DNA from: a phage
DNA length: 46,856 bases
Sequence record: PZ379178.1
Reading direction: 5' to 3' (one strand)
Shown: piece by piece, positions 16,075-25,279 of the stretch
Numbering within the stretch: the first letter of the stretch is position 1
How the letters are laid out: every line of letters starts with the position of its first letter
The notes under the pieces: model-generated
Databases searched by the model: none
What the model was told of the DNA's origin: nothing
The model's input: the letters and a program-made list of their open reading frames with translations, nothing else
Made by a program: the position numbers and the translations under genes

Positions 16075-16150
16075 GTTCTGCTGGCGTAACAGGATAACGC
16101 AAAGACCTCCTAAGTCTTAGTTACTGGTTCGAGTCCAGTGCGGAACACCA
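16075..16150 (+). tRNA. tRNA-Arg (anticodon CCU)
   Basis: Hand-folded cloverleaf: 7-bp acceptor stem (one G-U), U8, 4-bp D stem, 5-bp anticodon stem with loop CTCCTAA (U33, CCT, A37), T arm ACTGG-TTCGAGT-CCAGT, discriminator A and encoded CCA. Confidence 0.8.
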
Positions 16151-16181
16151 AATTAAGAAACCAATAATCCTGGGGGATTAA

Positions 16182-16394
16182 ATGAAAAAAGTAACAATCA
16201 TCGTAAAAGATATTGAAAGCGGCACTTCCCAAAAATTCAACGCAACACTTGACCGTGAACATAAATGCTTAAAGGGTGTGATTGGCGGGGTTTCAGTTAG
16301 CGCGGATATTAAAGGTTATCTCGAGCTTGAAAGAGAAACTCAAAACTATAGCAATCAGAGCGGGAAGATAAAAAATGCAGCTTTGGGATGTTAA
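16182..16394 (+). CDS. Hypothetical small protein
   Basis: 70-aa ORF downstream of tRNA. Confidence 0.45.
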   Translation: MKKVTIIVKDIESGTSQKFNATLDREHKCLKGVIGGVSVSADIKGYLELERETQNYSNQSGKIKNAALGC

Positions 16395-16563
16395 GCTTTC
16401 AATCCGATTAATGGGTCGTAGTTGCAAAAGTTGCACTCAAGAATTTATCGCGTCGGTTACTGCTAAGTCCTCAGAGGAAGCAGTAGCGAAAGTTAAGGTA
16501 ATGTCTGGTGCCGACCCGGATTACCACAAATTCCTAGTAGCTTACGTTCGTGAGCGAAAGTAA
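16375..16563 (+). CDS. Hypothetical small protein
   Basis: 62-aa ORF with CKSC motif; followed by terminator 16617-16640. Confidence 0.4.
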   Translation: MQLWDVKLSIRLMGRSCKSCTQEFIASVTAKSSEEAVAKVKVMSGADPDYHKFLVAYVRERK

Positions 16564-16616
16564 AAGAAGTTCTACTCTCTGTTTGTTTCATATCTCTCGT
16601 TGTTGTTCGATACTTC

Positions 16617-16640
16617 GCCCTCTTCTTGAGGGCTTTTTTT
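16617..16640 (+). terminator. Rho-independent terminator (end of early block)
   Basis: GCCCTC-TTCTT-GAGGGC followed by T7. Confidence 0.65.
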
Positions 16641-16651
16641 CGTTTGCTATA

Positions 16652-16660
16652 TGATATAAT
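16652..16660 (+). promoter_or_regulatory. Extended -10 promoter candidate upstream of terminase small subunit
   Basis: TGATATAAT (TGn-TATAAT) directly after terminator 16617-16640; similar ATGATAT motif after terminators at 6875, 23108 and 24178. Confidence 0.3.
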
Positions 16661-16687
16661 GCATCTCTAAACAAAGGAGGTAACAAA

Positions 16688-17212
16688 ATGAAAGACGAAA
16701 ACTTCACCAGTCAGGCGCAAGAAAAGGTCCGCTCTGGCAACTTTAAAGCCATGTACAATAAAAAGTACTCAGACATTACAACGCTAGCCAAAAACCGAAG
16801 CATGACACCCGAACAGCTATTTGAATTCGCCGTGAAATACTTCTCATGGGCTGAGGACCAGGCAATCAAGGCAATCGAGACAGCCAGCTTCCAGGGTGTG
16901 GTAAAAGAGAGCCTGGTGCACAAACCACGAGTCTTCACGCTAACCGGATTCTGCCTTTACTGCGGTGTCACCCATAGCGCCATCGAGAAATGGAGGAAGT
17001 CGGCTGGTTATGATGAGGTGATTGCGTTCATTGATTCCGTGATTCGCGAGCAGAAATACCAGCTTGCAGCATCTGGCATTGTTAACCCTGGCATGATTTC
17101 CAAGGAGCTTGGAATCGACAAACCGCAGGAGATCACTATAAGCAATAACTCTTCTGCTAACGACGTCGAAACGATGAAGGAAGCTCTGGAGTCTGTGATT
17201 AGTAAGCTGTAA
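16688..17212 (+). CDS. Terminase small subunit (putative)
   Basis: 174 aa directly upstream of terminase large subunit, first gene of late block after terminator; AAAGGAGG SD. Confidence 0.5.
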   Translation: MKDENFTSQAQEKVRSGNFKAMYNKKYSDITTLAKNRSMTPEQLFEFAVKYFSWAEDQAIKAIETASFQGVVKESLVHKPRVFTLTGFCLYCGVTHSAIEKWRKSAGYDEVIAFIDSVIREQKYQLAASGIVNPGMISKELGIDKPQEITISNNSSANDVETMKEALESVISKL

Positions 17213-17281
17213 TAACATGGGGTAGATTGGCGTGATCAAATTAATGAAGGCGTTATTGGTGTATTACATGATGGCAGCTAC

Positions 17282-18901
17282 ATGCTTCACAACTGGATTC
17301 TTAATTGGCGTGATGGTTGGATTGGTGAAATTATGGCTAATTTAGTTTGGGAGGAAATGACGCCAGCAGAAAAGATGGCGGTTAAGGCGATATCCACTCA
17401 TAGCTTCGAGGGTTTCTTACGAGTGTGGTTCCAGCTTACCCAGGGAGAGCGATACATACCTAACTGGCACCATAGATACCTTTGCAGAATTATCGATGAG
17501 ATTATTGCTGGTGAGCGTAAGGACACAATCATTAACATCGCTCCTGGCAGTGGGAAGACAGAGATTGCCTCAATTCACTTCCCAGCCTACTCAATGGTTA
17601 AGTTGAGAAAGGTAAGGAACCTGAATATATCGTATGCTGACTCACTGGTTAAGCGTAACTCCAAGCGTGTGCGCGACTTAATTAAGTCTGTTGAGTTCCA
17701 GGAGTTGTTCCCATGTAAGTTTGGTACGTGTAAGGATGATGAGCTACAGGTCCTGGATGACTATGGCAAGGTCAGGTTTGAGTCAATCTCTAAAGCCACT
17801 GGCGGCCAAATTACAGGCGCGAGGGGTGGATATATAACCGATTCGTATAGTGGTGCGGTACTGTTAGATGATTTTGACAAACCAGCCGACATGCTTTCTG
17901 CTGTTTTTCGCGCTAACAATCACGTGATGCTAAAGAATACAATACGCTCTCGTAGGGCGAGCTCCGTAAAAGGAAAGGCGACGCCGATTATCTCTATCCA
18001 ACAGCGCCTTCATGTGAACGATAGTACGTGGTTCATGATGAATGGCGGTATGGGTATTAGCTTCGACTTGATTAAAATACCGGCGCTCGTAACTGAGGAT
18101 TACGTCGACACGCTTCCTGACTGGATTAAGCAGCAATTCATTGATGACGTTCTATCAAGCGAATATATTGAGCGTGATGGTGTTAGGTACTATAGCTATT
18201 TCCCTGGCAAGGAATCTGTTCACGACCTAGTTGCAATGTGGGATTCTGATAGCTATACATTCCTTAGCCAGTATCAGCAAGAACCAGTAGCACTTGGCGG
18301 CAACCTGATTAACGTAGACTGGCTTCAACGCATTAGCGACACTCTGCGACCGCCAGCTAAGTACGATTACAGGTTTATGGTCCTTGATACTGCGATGACA
18401 ACCAAAAGTTACAGCGACTTTAGCGTCATGCAGCTATGGGGTTATAAGGATGGGAAGATTTATCTGCTTGACCAGCGGCGCGGTAAATTTGAAGCTCCTG
18501 AGCTCGAGGCTGAGTTATTGGATTTCGAGAAGATGGCTAGGGCATCCAATCAGATAGATGGCATCCTTCGTAAAATCATCATCGAGAAGAAAGCCTCTGG
18601 TATTGGCCTGATTCAATCAGCCGGAAGGGTTATGCGAACGCCTATCGAGCCGTACGTTCCGGATAACGATAAGCTGACTCGCGTAATGAGTGCATTGCCG
18701 CAGATTAAAGCTGGTAACGTAATCCTTCCGGAGTCTGCTACTTGGCTTAATGGCTTGCTAACGGAGATTGCGGCATTCACGGCAGATGATTCACATGTTC
18801 ACGATGACCAGATAGACTGTTTGACAATGGCTGTCAACCTGGTACTGAACATTGCAGAAGACCCTAAATCGAGGATGATGCGCCTCGCTGGCATCAAATA
18901 G
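17282..18901 (+). CDS. Terminase large subunit
   Basis: 539 aa; Walker A NIAPGSGKTE near N-terminus, acidic nuclease-type C-terminal half; position before portal; alternative start ATG 17336. Confidence 0.8.
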   Translation: MLHNWILNWRDGWIGEIMANLVWEEMTPAEKMAVKAISTHSFEGFLRVWFQLTQGERYIPNWHHRYLCRIIDEIIAGERKDTIINIAPGSGKTEIASIHFPAYSMVKLRKVRNLNISYADSLVKRNSKRVRDLIKSVEFQELFPCKFGTCKDDELQVLDDYGKVRFESISKATGGQITGARGGYITDSYSGAVLLDDFDKPADMLSAVFRANNHVMLKNTIRSRRASSVKGKATPIISIQQRLHVNDSTWFMMNGGMGISFDLIKIPALVTEDYVDTLPDWIKQQFIDDVLSSEYIERDGVRYYSYFPGKESVHDLVAMWDSDSYTFLSQYQQEPVALGGNLINVDWLQRISDTLRPPAKYDYRFMVLDTAMTTKSYSDFSVMQLWGYKDGKIYLLDQRRGKFEAPELEAELLDFEKMARASNQIDGILRKIIIEKKASGIGLIQSAGRVMRTPIEPYVPDNDKLTRVMSALPQIKAGNVILPESATWLNGLLTEIAAFTADDSHVHDDQIDCLTMAVNLVLNIAEDPKSRMMRLAGIK

Positions 18902-18970
18902 CACGTTTTGCTAAAGACGCGCCGCCAAGGATGGCTTATAGTTACTTCACGCAAACGAGAGGAGTAAAAA
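18899..18970 (+). promoter_or_regulatory. Box-hairpin-leader cassette
   Basis: Box TAGCACGTTTTGCTAAA 18899-18915, hairpin GCCA/TGGC, TTATAG, leader CACGCAAACGAGAGGAG; drives moron 18971. Confidence 0.5.
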
Positions 18971-19324
18971 ATGAAAGCAGTATTTAAAGGGTATAAAAAA
19001 GCTGGTTATTTTGATTTTACCGTTGGTAAGATTTATGACTTATCAAGAACGCCTGGAAGTAATAATGAATACGTCAAAGTTAAGGATGATAAAGGCTATT
19101 TGGGCGTAATTAATCTTAGTGTTTATGATTTCGAAGTTATAGAGCCTACCGATTTTGTCGTTAAAGGTGATAATTTTAAAGTTGAAAAGGCTGGGATTAA
19201 ATACTTCATCAACAAAGACATAGTAACTAAAGAGGCATTTTATGAAGTCAGAAGGGAGGTTCGCCAGTTAACACTTAATGGAGTGAAAACATCATCAATC
19301 AAGTTCGAAGTAAAATTCGAGTAA
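18971..19324 (+). CDS. Hypothetical Lys-rich protein (moron-like insert between terminase and portal)
   Basis: 117-aa ORF with own promoter box (18899) and own terminator (19347-19368); AT-rich codon usage. Confidence 0.5.
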   Translation: MKAVFKGYKKAGYFDFTVGKIYDLSRTPGSNNEYVKVKDDKGYLGVINLSVYDFEVIEPTDFVVKGDNFKVEKAGIKYFINKDIVTKEAFYEVRREVRQLTLNGVKTSSIKFEVKFE

Positions 19325-19346
19325 CCATAAAAGCTATGCTAAACTA

Positions 19347-19368
19347 AGCCCCTAAATGGGGCTTTTTA
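19347..19368 (+). terminator. Rho-independent terminator
   Basis: AGCCCC-TAAAT-GGGGCT followed by T5. Confidence 0.6.
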
Positions 19369-19382
19369 TTGGAGCAAATAAA

Positions 19383-20660
19383 ATGGTAAAAGCAGATTCA
19401 TACGCCACGCAATTTCTTGGTGGCCCCAGTGATGGTAGCGAGATTTACGGGCACTTTGGCAACACGTATCTTACACCTCCTTTCGCTGATTCACTGTACG
19501 CATCAAACTCAATTGTACGCCGCATCGTCGACACCATACCGGAGACAGCAATCGCCGCAGGTTTCCATATCGATGGTATTGATGACGAAGGTGAATTCTG
19601 GTCCAGGTGGGATTACCTGAAGGTTAACGAGTCAATCTCTGACGCATGGTCATGGGCGAGGTTATTTGGCGGCTCTGCAATTGTGGCTATCGTTAAGGAC
19701 AATCGTGCGCTAACTAGCCCGGTACGTGAAGGCGCGGAACTTGAATCACTTCGCGTTTATGAGCGTAGCCAGGTAAGAGTTCAGACTAAGGAGGAAAACC
19801 CTCGCAATGTGCGATTCGGTAAGCCATTAACGTACCGCATCACGCCAGAAGGTGGCGCCATGTTTTATGATGTGCACTACTCGCGAGTTCACATTATGGA
19901 TGGCGAGAAGATTCCTAGTTCATTGCGTCGCGGTAATGACGGGTGGGGTGCTAGCGTTCTGGTTCCTGACCTGCTTGAATCAATCAAGGATTATCAGACG
20001 TGTGAGAAACTGGCAACTCAGTTATTGCGCCGCAAGCAGCAGGCGGTGTGGAAGGCTAAAGGCCTTGCTGAACTGTGTGACGACGCGGAAGGTTTTGGTG
20101 CGGCCAGGTTGAGGCTTGCTCAGGTTGATGATAACTCTGGCGTTGGTCGCGCGATTGGTATCGACGCTGAAGCTGAAGAGTACAGCGTTCTTAACTCGGA
20201 TATTGGTGGGATTGATGGATTCCTCGATAAGAAGTTCGACAGAATTGTTGCTCTGAGCGGTATCCATGAAATCATTCTCAAAGGTCGTAACGTTGGCGGG
20301 TTATCATCTAGCCAAAACACAGCGCTAGAGACATTCCATAAGTTGATTGACCGCAAGCGTAACGAAGAGCTACTTCCAGTTCTTGGGTTCTTAATCCCGT
20401 TCATCACAACCGAGCAAGAATGGTCAGTTGAGTTTAACCCTCTAGCTCAGGAATCGAAGAAAGACCGCGCTGAAATACTGAAGAATAACGTTGATTCAAT
20501 TACTGCTCTTATCACTAACGGCGTGATGGATGCAGACGAAGCACGAGATACCTTGCGCGCATTAGCCCCTGAGGTTAAGATTGGTGAAGGTTCAATTGAG
20601 ACAGAGGTAACAATCAATGAAACCAGTGAAGACCCGCTGGAAGTACCCGCAGACAATTGA
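19383..20660 (+). CDS. Portal protein (putative)
   Basis: About 426 aa, immediately downstream of terminase region and upstream of head-morphogenesis gene; start 19383 chosen because 19356 overlaps terminator. Confidence 0.7.
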   Translation: MVKADSYATQFLGGPSDGSEIYGHFGNTYLTPPFADSLYASNSIVRRIVDTIPETAIAAGFHIDGIDDEGEFWSRWDYLKVNESISDAWSWARLFGGSAIVAIVKDNRALTSPVREGAELESLRVYERSQVRVQTKEENPRNVRFGKPLTYRITPEGGAMFYDVHYSRVHIMDGEKIPSSLRRGNDGWGASVLVPDLLESIKDYQTCEKLATQLLRRKQQAVWKAKGLAELCDDAEGFGAARLRLAQVDDNSGVGRAIGIDAEAEEYSVLNSDIGGIDGFLDKKFDRIVALSGIHEIILKGRNVGGLSSSQNTALETFHKLIDRKRNEELLPVLGFLIPFITTEQEWSVEFNPLAQESKKDRAEILKNNVDSITALITNGVMDADEARDTLRALAPEVKIGEGSIETEVTINETSEDPLEVPADN

Positions 20661-21345
20661 GAATCAGGTAAACCGCAACCTTAGCGTTGCGGTAACTGAG
20701 CTAATATCTGCAATGAAAGAATCAGCTACGCGGCTTAAGATTGACACTGCCGAGGAGCTAGAGCAGGAAGATAATTATCTCGACGCAATCATAGCAGCGC
20801 TTATAGCTTCTGTTGTAGCTACACTTCCGGCAATTGGAGCGTCAATATACAGGTATAATTCATCGCAGTTTCTTGTGCTGGCAATCAAGACTGGTGGCGG
20901 CTCGGTTCAGTCAGTTATGGACTTGAGACTTAACGGTATAAATGGAGATGAAGATTGGTATCAGCCGGATTTAAACCAGTGGCTTTACACATCAAATAAG
21001 TCCGTTGAAAAGTTACTCAACAATATCAAGGACGACTTTATTCAGTCTGCATCAATCATACAGAGTGGTGACTACCTTAAGATTAACGAAAGGTACAAGA
21101 TTTACCGCAAGAGAACTGCTAATATAGCCTCAGGCATCACGTCCAGTATTAACTCTACGTTCATGCGCAGGAGGCTAGAGGATGCTGGTGTTACCCATTA
21201 CATTTGGCACGGCATGCTTGATGAAAGGGAGCGAATGACCCATTTCAAGAAAGAGGGCCTAAGCTTCAGGTTGAGCGGTAACGATCTCTTCCCTGGTCAG
21301 GAATACGGCTGTCGTTGTTGGGCTGTGCCGGATTGGGAGTCATAA
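20617..21345 (+). CDS. Head morphogenesis / minor capsid protein (putative)
   Basis: 242 aa overlapping portal 3-prime end; C-terminal YIWHGMLDERERMTHF resembles conserved core of phage head-morphogenesis proteins. Confidence 0.5.
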   Translation: MKPVKTRWKYPQTIENQVNRNLSVAVTELISAMKESATRLKIDTAEELEQEDNYLDAIIAALIASVVATLPAIGASIYRYNSSQFLVLAIKTGGGSVQSVMDLRLNGINGDEDWYQPDLNQWLYTSNKSVEKLLNNIKDDFIQSASIIQSGDYLKINERYKIYRKRTANIASGITSSINSTFMRRRLEDAGVTHYIWHGMLDERERMTHFKKEGLSFRLSGNDLFPGQEYGCRCWAVPDWES

Positions 21346-21393
21346 CATGAGGATGAAAGATGAATTCGATGGATTTTAGTGAGGAGAATTGGG

Positions 21394-22500
21394 ATGTATA
21401 AGAATCGCTTTGATACAGCAACATTCAAAGCCACCATTGACGAGAATGGTTTTCTCGTCGATACGCCAGTAGTAGCAAGGGTTGGTGTGCAGGTTTATTT
21501 CACAGAGGACGGTTCGACTGTTCGAGAGTTCAGGCCAGCAGAAGAAGTCTTCAAAGAGGAGTCGCTAGCCAGTTACCAGGGTAAGCCAATGACTCTTGAC
21601 CACGTCTTTGTAAACTCCGATAACGCTAAAGACGTAGTGGTCGGCTCGGTAACTGGTAAAGCTGAGGCTCTAGGAAGTACGGTAATTGCGCCAATTGTCG
21701 TATACTCTCAAGAAGCTATTGACGAGGCTCGCTCAGGTAACGCTAAGGAATTATCTGTAGGTTACTCGGCAGTTCTTGATGAAACTCCAGGTTGGGGCGA
21801 CCCGGCAACTGGTAAGTACATTCTTAGGACTGACAACACGCAGGGTTTGGATATACCCCCTGACTGGCAAGAGTTCGACGCAATCCAGAGAGACATTAAG
21901 GTAAACCATTTAGCTATGGTCTTCAGGGGTAGGGCTGGAATTGCTAAGCTAAATATGGACGGGCAGCAAGAAAACCCGTATACTGACAACGTTGATTTAA
22001 ATACTAAGGAAAACAAAATGACAGTTAAGATTAAGATTGACTCTGTTGAAGTTGAGGTGTCTAAAGAGGTTGCAGACCACATCTCCAAAATTAACTCCGC
22101 TGTTGAAGCACAGGAAGCTAAGGTTGATTCCATCGAAGCTGAGCGTGACGCACTGAAAGCCAAAGTAGACGCAATGCCCGCTGAAATCGAGAAAGCAGTC
22201 AAAGCTGCCAAAGCTGACGCTGAAGCACTTGCCGCTCTGGTTACTGTAGCCACTGAAGCTGGTGTTAAGACTGATGGCCTGGATGCTAAAGGCATTAAGG
22301 TATTATACGTTAAAGAAGTTTCCGGCCTTGATGTTTCCGAGAAGTCCGACGCATACATCGATGCAGCGTTCGACATTGCCAAAGATTCTGATAAAATGGC
22401 TGAAGTTCGCAAGGCAACCGCAGCTTCCGACAAATCTGATGCTGCCGACGCACCTAAGAAATTAGACCCGCGCACTCGTTTAGCAAAAATTAAAAAGTAA
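21394..22500 (+). CDS. Capsid scaffolding protein (putative)
   Basis: C-terminal half is Ala/Lys/Glu-rich predicted coiled coil typical of scaffolds; located before capsid genes; ATG 21394 follows GAGGAG SD. Confidence 0.5.
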   Translation: MYKNRFDTATFKATIDENGFLVDTPVVARVGVQVYFTEDGSTVREFRPAEEVFKEESLASYQGKPMTLDHVFVNSDNAKDVVVGSVTGKAEALGSTVIAPIVVYSQEAIDEARSGNAKELSVGYSAVLDETPGWGDPATGKYILRTDNTQGLDIPPDWQEFDAIQRDIKVNHLAMVFRGRAGIAKLNMDGQQENPYTDNVDLNTKENKMTVKIKIDSVEVEVSKEVADHISKINSAVEAQEAKVDSIEAERDALKAKVDAMPAEIEKAVKAAKADAEALAALVTVATEAGVKTDGLDAKGIKVLYVKEVSGLDVSEKSDAYIDAAFDIAKDSDKMAEVRKATAASDKSDAADAPKKLDPRTRLAKIKK

Positions 22501-22511
22501 GGAGATAGATA

Positions 22512-23042
22512 ATGGCAATTCGTTCTGTAGCACTGGCAGGTATGGTGGCTGATACTTCCCTGTACAATATCGATGGCGCTTGTGTAGTTGGCGGTACTGC
22601 CGCCACACGTATCCCTGTTGGCACATTCGTGGGTGTTAGCACCGCTCAGCCTGTAGATGGTCACAAGGTTGTCGCCCTTCCAGCCGTATCAGGGACTGCA
22701 ATTAAACCTTACGGTGTTGTTGTTCGTTCTCACTACGAGACTCCGGATGGTCAGGCTCGCGGCCTTGAAGCAGTTAACGTCATGACCTCTGGCCGTATTT
22801 GGGTTCGCACCACTCTGTCTGCGGCTCCGGCATTTGGCGATAAAGTTTACGTAAATGCTTCTGGTGTTGTGACAGCTAAAGCAGCTACTACAACTTGGGA
22901 AACTGGTTACAGGTTCGCTGGTGGTTTCCTTTCTGGTTACGTTCCCGGAAGCGACCATATCAAGCAAGGTGAGAGCTACGACGGCGCTCTGGTTGAAGTT
23001 CAATTGATTCAATCCGCAGATTCGGTATTAGCTACTGCTTAA
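22512..23042 (+). CDS. Capsid-associated protein (decoration-like, putative)
   Basis: 176-aa Gly/Ala/Val-rich ORF between scaffold and major capsid gene. Confidence 0.4.
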   Translation: MAIRSVALAGMVADTSLYNIDGACVVGGTAATRIPVGTFVGVSTAQPVDGHKVVALPAVSGTAIKPYGVVVRSHYETPDGQARGLEAVNVMTSGRIWVRTTLSAAPAFGDKVYVNASGVVTAKAATTTWETGYRFAGGFLSGYVPGSDHIKQGESYDGALVEVQLIQSADSVLATA

Positions 23043-23063
23043 CAATATTTGAATGCACGAATA

Positions 23064-23086
23064 AGCCTCCTTCGGGAGGTTTTTTG
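23064..23086 (+). terminator. Rho-independent terminator
   Basis: CCTCC-TTCG-GGAGG followed by T6. Confidence 0.65.
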
Positions 23087-23127
23087 TGTCTTTTGCCATC
23101 CAGATTTAAGCCTCATGTATGATGCTA

Positions 23128-23155
23128 TTGTAACAACCACAAAGTCGTGTATAAT
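23128..23155 (+). promoter_or_regulatory. Sigma70-like promoter candidate upstream of major capsid gene
   Basis: TTGTAA (23128-23133), 16-nt spacer, TATAAT (23150-23155); follows terminator 23064-23086. Confidence 0.4.
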
Positions 23156-23193
23156 TGACTCGTACATACCTAACTGAAAAGGAATAAACAAGA

Positions 23194-24135
23194 ATGGCCA
23201 TTAAATTTGATGCAGAACAAGCAAAAATCACCGCTCACCTTGAGCAAATGGGTGTAGATAAAGCTGATGCTGCTGGTATCTGGACCGTCAAGCAGTTGAC
23301 CGCCAACCTGGCGCGTGCGTACGAAGCAGAATATCCGGAAAACTCCGTAGTTAATATCTTCCCAGTAACTAACGAAATCCCGGCCCATGCAAAGTATTTT
23401 GAGTACCCTGAGTTTGACGGAACGGCAATCGCACAGATTATCGCTGATTACTCTGATGACCTTCCGCTGGTTGATGCGTTCATGACCGAGAAGCAAGGCA
23501 AAGTTTTCCGTTTTGGTAACGCGTTCCTGATTTCCACCGACGAAATCAAAGCTGGCGCAGCAACTAGTCAGTCACTGTCAGCTCGTAAACAGGCTTTGGC
23601 TTTTGAAGCTCATGACAACCTGCTCGATAAACTGGTATGGTCTGGCTCTGCACCGCACGGCATTCCTGGCGTATTCAATGCGCCGAACGTTAACCAGGTT
23701 GTTGCTGGTACTTGGAACTCCGCGGCTGCTGCTATGACTGATATCACAGCGCTTATCGATGCTATCGAAACAGCTACCAATGGTGCTCACACCGCGACTG
23801 ATATCCTGCTGCCTGCTTCCGCTCGCCGCCTGATGCAAGAACTGGTGCCGAACACCTCTATCAGCTACGCGCAGTTGTTTGCAACCAATAACTCCGGCAT
23901 CACTCTGCGTTATCTGCAATTCCTGGATAACTACGACGGTGCTGGTGGCAAAGCTGCACTGGCATTTGAAAAAAATCCGCTCAACCTGAGTATTGAGATT
24001 CCGGAAGTGACGAACGTGCTACCTGGCCAGCCGAAGGATTTGCATTTCAAGTACCCGGTAACCTCTAAAGCGACGGGCTTGATCATCTATAGGCCGCTAA
24101 CTGTATCAGTACTGAAGGGCATTACCTACGCCTAA
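23194..24135 (+). CDS. Major capsid protein (putative)
   Basis: 313 aa, strong AGGAATAAACAAG SD, own sigma70-like promoter and flanking terminators, position in head module. Confidence 0.65.
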   Translation: MAIKFDAEQAKITAHLEQMGVDKADAAGIWTVKQLTANLARAYEAEYPENSVVNIFPVTNEIPAHAKYFEYPEFDGTAIAQIIADYSDDLPLVDAFMTEKQGKVFRFGNAFLISTDEIKAGAATSQSLSARKQALAFEAHDNLLDKLVWSGSAPHGIPGVFNAPNVNQVVAGTWNSAAAAMTDITALIDAIETATNGAHTATDILLPASARRLMQELVPNTSISYAQLFATNNSGITLRYLQFLDNYDGAGGKAALAFEKNPLNLSIEIPEVTNVLPGQPKDLHFKYPVTSKATGLIIYRPLTVSVLKGITYA

Positions 24136-24141
24136 TAAATC

Positions 24142-24167
24142 GCCCTCTACGGAGGGCTTTTTTTCGC
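24142..24167 (+). terminator. Rho-independent terminator after capsid gene
   Basis: GCCCTC-TACG-GAGGGC followed by T7. Confidence 0.65.
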
Positions 24168-24228
24168 CTGTACCAAAATGATATGATGGGTTATAATCAA
24201 CCATCAATTAATAAAAGGAGAGCAATAA

Positions 24229-24474
24229 ATGATTCGTTTAGAACACACTGGCGCGTGCATGATTACCTTTCGTGGAGTGAATTACATGCCAGGTGAATTC
24301 ATTGAGGTTGAGGAAATCAACGCTGGACTTAAAAGCCTCATTGCAGAAGGTCGCTTGCAGGTTGATGGAGACGCGAAGGCAACCAAAGAGATTATCGCAG
24401 AGGTTAAATCAAAATCTAAGCGCAAAGAACCGAAGACCATTGACGAAGCTCAGACTGGTCAGGAATATAAATAA
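24229..24474 (+). CDS. Hypothetical protein
   Basis: 81-aa ORF between terminators after capsid gene; AAAGGAGAG SD. Confidence 0.4.
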   Translation: MIRLEHTGACMITFRGVNYMPGEFIEVEEINAGLKSLIAEGRLQVDGDAKATKEIIAEVKSKSKRKEPKTIDEAQTGQEYK

Positions 24475-24515
24475 CCAAATGGGCGCTTAGGCGTCCGTTT
24501 TTGTATGGAGGTTTT

Positions 24516-24911
24516 ATGAACGAACAAGCATTAGCCTTTATGAAGTCGCTGGTTCCTGCTCTTAAGAATATTCCAGATGAAACGCTGGACGTATGGCTTG
24601 AGTTAGCTAAGCTATACATCTGCACCAGTAAGTTTGGTGATGATGCTTATAAAGCGCTGTCGCTATACACTCTGCACATTGCCTTTCTTGATGGCGCGCT
24701 TAAGCAGAATGAGTCGCTGGATGATTATGGCAAGAAGGTGGCAAGTTACTCCCTGAGCGGTGAATTTTCTATCAGCTATGAATCCACCTCGCAAACTCAA
24801 TCATCATTGACAGCTACGCCGTGGGGCCGACTTTACTGGAATCTCCTGCGCAAGAAAGGCGGCGGATTTGGCTTGATTACGTCCGCTGGGCGTGAGTGCG
24901 GTTGCCAATGA
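24516..24911 (+). CDS. Head-tail connector/adaptor protein (putative)
   Basis: About 131 aa, first of four consecutive small head-tail joining ORFs; ATG 24516 follows GGAGG. Confidence 0.45.
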   Translation: MNEQALAFMKSLVPALKNIPDETLDVWLELAKLYICTSKFGDDAYKALSLYTLHIAFLDGALKQNESLDDYGKKVASYSLSGEFSISYESTSQTQSSLTATPWGRLYWNLLRKKGGGFGLITSAGRECGCQ

Positions 24912-25279
24912 ATTACTCCCAAGTAGAATCATTAATGCGCACGGGCATCAATATCTTTAGTGATGGCGATGGTACATTCACGATGAATACTGGTAAAGGT
25001 GGTGTCGAAATTGTTGACGGCGTTGAGGTTCCTGTAGCTGGCGGCACTGCATTAATCAATGGGCTGGTGAGGGAGATTAAAACCAGAGATATTGATGGCG
25101 AATATATCCAGTTTGGTGACAAGCGTGGAATTTTCACTTCTGAAGTCCCAATCTTGCAGGGCTACAGGATTATAGTTGACGATGAAACTTACACTGTAGT
25201 CGACCCGAGGCCAGTCAAACCAACAGGAACTATAGTGGCTTACAGACCAATTCTAAGGAGGGTTGCTACCTATGGCTAG
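24896..25279 (+). CDS. Head-tail joining protein (putative)
   Basis: 127-aa ORF in connector region, overlapping neighbours. Confidence 0.4.
   Translation: MRLPMNYSQVESLMRTGINIFSDGDGTFTMNTGKGGVEIVDGVEVPVAGGTALINGLVREIKTRDIDGEYIQFGDKRGIFTSEVPILQGYRIIVDDETYTVVDPRPVKPTGTIVAYRPILRRVATYG

Noticed and set aside
15750-16089. ORFs 15883..16089 (+) and 15750..16049 (-) overlapping the tRNA region
   Set aside because: They overlap the tRNA gene and its leader, have odd composition and no RBS; more likely chance ORFs in structured RNA sequence.
21762-22664. 300-aa minus-strand ORF antisense to the scaffold gene
   Set aside because: Ala/Ser/Thr-rich mirror of the Ala/Lys-rich scaffold coding strand; lies within the uninterrupted plus-strand late block.
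23041-23060. Degenerate box-like sequence GAATGCACGAATAAGCC before terminator 23064 (and AAGCACTAATTATTTC at 10903)
   Set aside because: Only a partial match to the box, no hairpin/leader architecture and no downstream start at the expected distance.
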